NCBI GenBank assembly: GCA_964016885.1
Contig: OZ024741.1
Location: 268,212,001-268,276,000, forward strand
Origin: Eledone cirrhosa
Taxonomy: Eukaryota
Direction of reading: 5' to 3'
Length of the DNA stretch: 64,000 nucleotides
The notes beneath the pieces were generated by a model, which did no database searches, was not told the DNA's origin, and saw only the letters and a list, made by a program, of their open reading frames with translations. The translations under genes and the position numbers were made by a program. Positions 61,549-64,000 of the stretch are shown piece by piece. Positions within the stretch are counted from its first letter, which is position 1; each line of letters begins with the position of its first letter.

Positions 61549-63374
61549 ATAATGTAAATGCTAAAGGGTTAATGTTATAGACTGGAGGAAATGTCTGGAG
61601 TATGGTACGGTGTCCTTGATACTTGAATGGCATTCCATTGTCTAGAGGCTGGATGTGAGCCCTTGACATTTGAAAGGTCTTCCATGGTCTAGAGCAGCTT
61701 TGTGGAACCCTTCAAATAGTTTTCATGTCTCAGGGAATCCTTGCATAAAAATTATTATATACCATTATTAATATCTATTTCTTTTATATTTTTATCGTAG
61801 GTCACATGGTAAGCATTTTTTCGGATAACTGCTTTATTTATCATAGGTAGCATATTTATCACTTTTTAATGGAACCCCTAGTGACCTGCAAACACTGGCC
61901 TAGAAGGTAGTGTTGTGCCTTGATATTTGAAGGGACTTTATTTTTTACCTTTAAAGAACTTCTATGGTTTAGACGATGGGAATGTCTTTGACATTCACAA
62001 GTCCTTCCATGATCTGCAAGTTTGGGTTGTGCCTTTGGTTGGTGAGATCAAAGTAATAGATCTTTCTTTTGAAAGCTACAGGGAGGGAATTCCAGAGGGA
62101 TTGCATTCTGATGAGGAAAGTCTATAGAGATGGTTTGTGCAGGTGGAGGGGGATGCAATCTGGGGGAGGAGATGATTGAGTGGGGGTAGCATGAAATCCG
62201 CCACTTCTGAAAAGGAGATGCCACTCTAGTAAACAGTAGAAGACATGTATTCAAGCAGCTATAATGTGTAAAAAGACTTGGTGTATGTAATTTATCTCTA
62301 GTGGAGGAATATGTTAACAACAATCCACATACATTATTTTTAGTATAATTGACTACAGCACATTAAATAGCAACGTTTTTGCTCTAAGACTGCAAGTTTT
62401 TACAGCAATTTGCCCTTTAGTAAAGACACTATAGACATTTGAATTAACAGATTTGTGGATATTTTCTGCTAAATCATTACAGGATGTTAGTTAATGTCGG
62501 TTAGGGGGAGATAACTGTGTTTGGTGATACGGTTGCCCTAATATCCCACTTGTACACATAGACACTCATAACACTAAGTATGTGTGTGTATTGTCCAAAA
62601 TCTATTTCTAACCATGAAATATGATGTTTTCAATAATATTTCTTTCTGGCAAATTATCACCACCATTGGTGTAACCATCATGTATGGTTAATAGCTGCAG
62701 GAATTTGGCCATTAATGGATTCCTATTTGAGTATTGATGAGGGGTGGGGGAATCTAACAAGAGGTCAAAACCCTTGGCCCCTTGGCTTGCTGTTGACCAG
62801 GCAATGGACTCATCTGCCAGCAGGTTTCTCATTAGAAATAGATTAAAACTGAGTGAGAGGGAAAAGATGTTTACTCTCTGGGCCGTTTATTTGTCAAATA
62901 TCATAATTTGTGTGTAACTGGATGCTTATATCGTCATAATCATCATTTAACATATATTTTCCATGCTAGCTTGGATTAGATAGGTTGTCCCATTTGAGAA
63001 TAGTCAGATCTTACTCATACAGAAGTGTTTCAGGCTTGGCTTCTACGGCTGAGACCAACCACATTTACAGTGTGTGCTGGGTACTTTTTGTTGTGACACC
63101 TACACAACCACTTTACAGTGGGGGATAAGTACATAGGTGCTGAGTTACGGCATAGGAAGTATATATATATATATATGTGTGGTGTGTATCCCAAATTTTA
63201 GAATAGATATTGTACCCCTGCATGTCTCGTACAAGTGACGAAAAAGGTTGGTGTCAGGATGGGCATCTGGCTGTAAAACATCTCAAAACATCACATCCAA
63301 CCCATACCAGTATGGAAAAATGGATGTAAAAACTGATAAATACTATAGTCTCCATGTATATGTGCGTATATATA

Positions 63375-64000
63375 TAAAAGCCTAAAAGTAAATTTAGCGA
63401 AGTAGGAAAGAAGACAGGAAAGTGGGCTTGTTCAATATGTCAGAAAGGTCTGGACAAAAATTCCATAAGATGTAGGTAGGCTAATGAAAAAGACTTTATA
63501 TGTGGCAGATGCACAGAGGAAGTAAGCACAAAAAACACACATGTAATAGATTCTCTTGGCTGCCAGGGGACCTCTCTAGAAATTGTTGACAGCTTCTGCT
63601 ATCTCGGCAATCAAATTAGTGGGGCAGGATGTCCTGAAGGTTTGCTAGCTTGGATAAGAACAGGCTGGAAGAAGTTCAGAGATCTATTACTACTGTTAAC
63701 AACAAAATGCTTTTTCTCAGAGTGAAAGGTTGACTGTGTGATACCTGTATGCGAACTGCAATGCTACATGGCAGTGAAACATGGGCCTTGACTGCAGAAG
63801 CTAGAAAAGAATGAGTCTAGTATGCTTCAATGGATGTGCAATAGTGACATAGCATAAGCAAGCTGAGGAGTAAATTTGGTATAAGAGGAATTGGAGGTAG
63901 TGTGCAAGAGAGGAGACCGTGTTAGTATGGACATGTGATGGAAGAGGCAGACATGGGATGAAGTGAAGGCTGACCTTAAAAAGGTAAGCCTTAGAACAGA
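63375..64000 (+). mobile_element. Decayed RTE LINE fragment, running off the window
   Basis: Cys-finger, FCYLG, MLHGSETWAL, WYGHVM-like motifs in broken frames. Confidence 0.8.

Noticed and set aside
62109-62135. CTGATGAGGAAAGTC hammerhead candidate
   Set aside because: No valid stem I or UH site; lies in the antisense of a LINE relic (LWNSLP motif)

Overview
AT-rich, repeat-dense animal genomic DNA. The SINE/RTE repertoire and (TA)n/(CAT)n microsatellites suggest an octopod cephalopod (inference). Two spliced + strand genes can be rebuilt by hand. The first is the 3' part of a Rab24-like GTPase: exons 1590-1736, 4615-4714, 5672-5722, 7202-7276, a probable 36-nt exon 9550-9585, and last exon 19098-19174 ending CCLNS*. 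The second is a complete TATA-binding protein gene: 7 coding exons, 26057-58711, 248 aa, short N-terminus without polyQ. Introns hold a dead DD37D-type Tc1/mariner, an internally deleted piggyBac plus a family of its ~200-bp MITEs, two non-autonomous Helitrons, a hAT-Charlie-like MITE, RTE/CR1/Gypsy relics, three SINE families, a U6 pseudogene and four minisatellites. The most unusual signal is a set of mutually unrelated long fold-back palindromes. Several carry hammerhead-ribozyme-like cores (CTGANGA...GAAA...TH) in the arm or at the axis, consistent with Penelope-like retroelement/retrozyme relics. Two palindromes sit over the likely TBP polyadenylation region. Most ORFs in the supplied track are spurious repeat translations.
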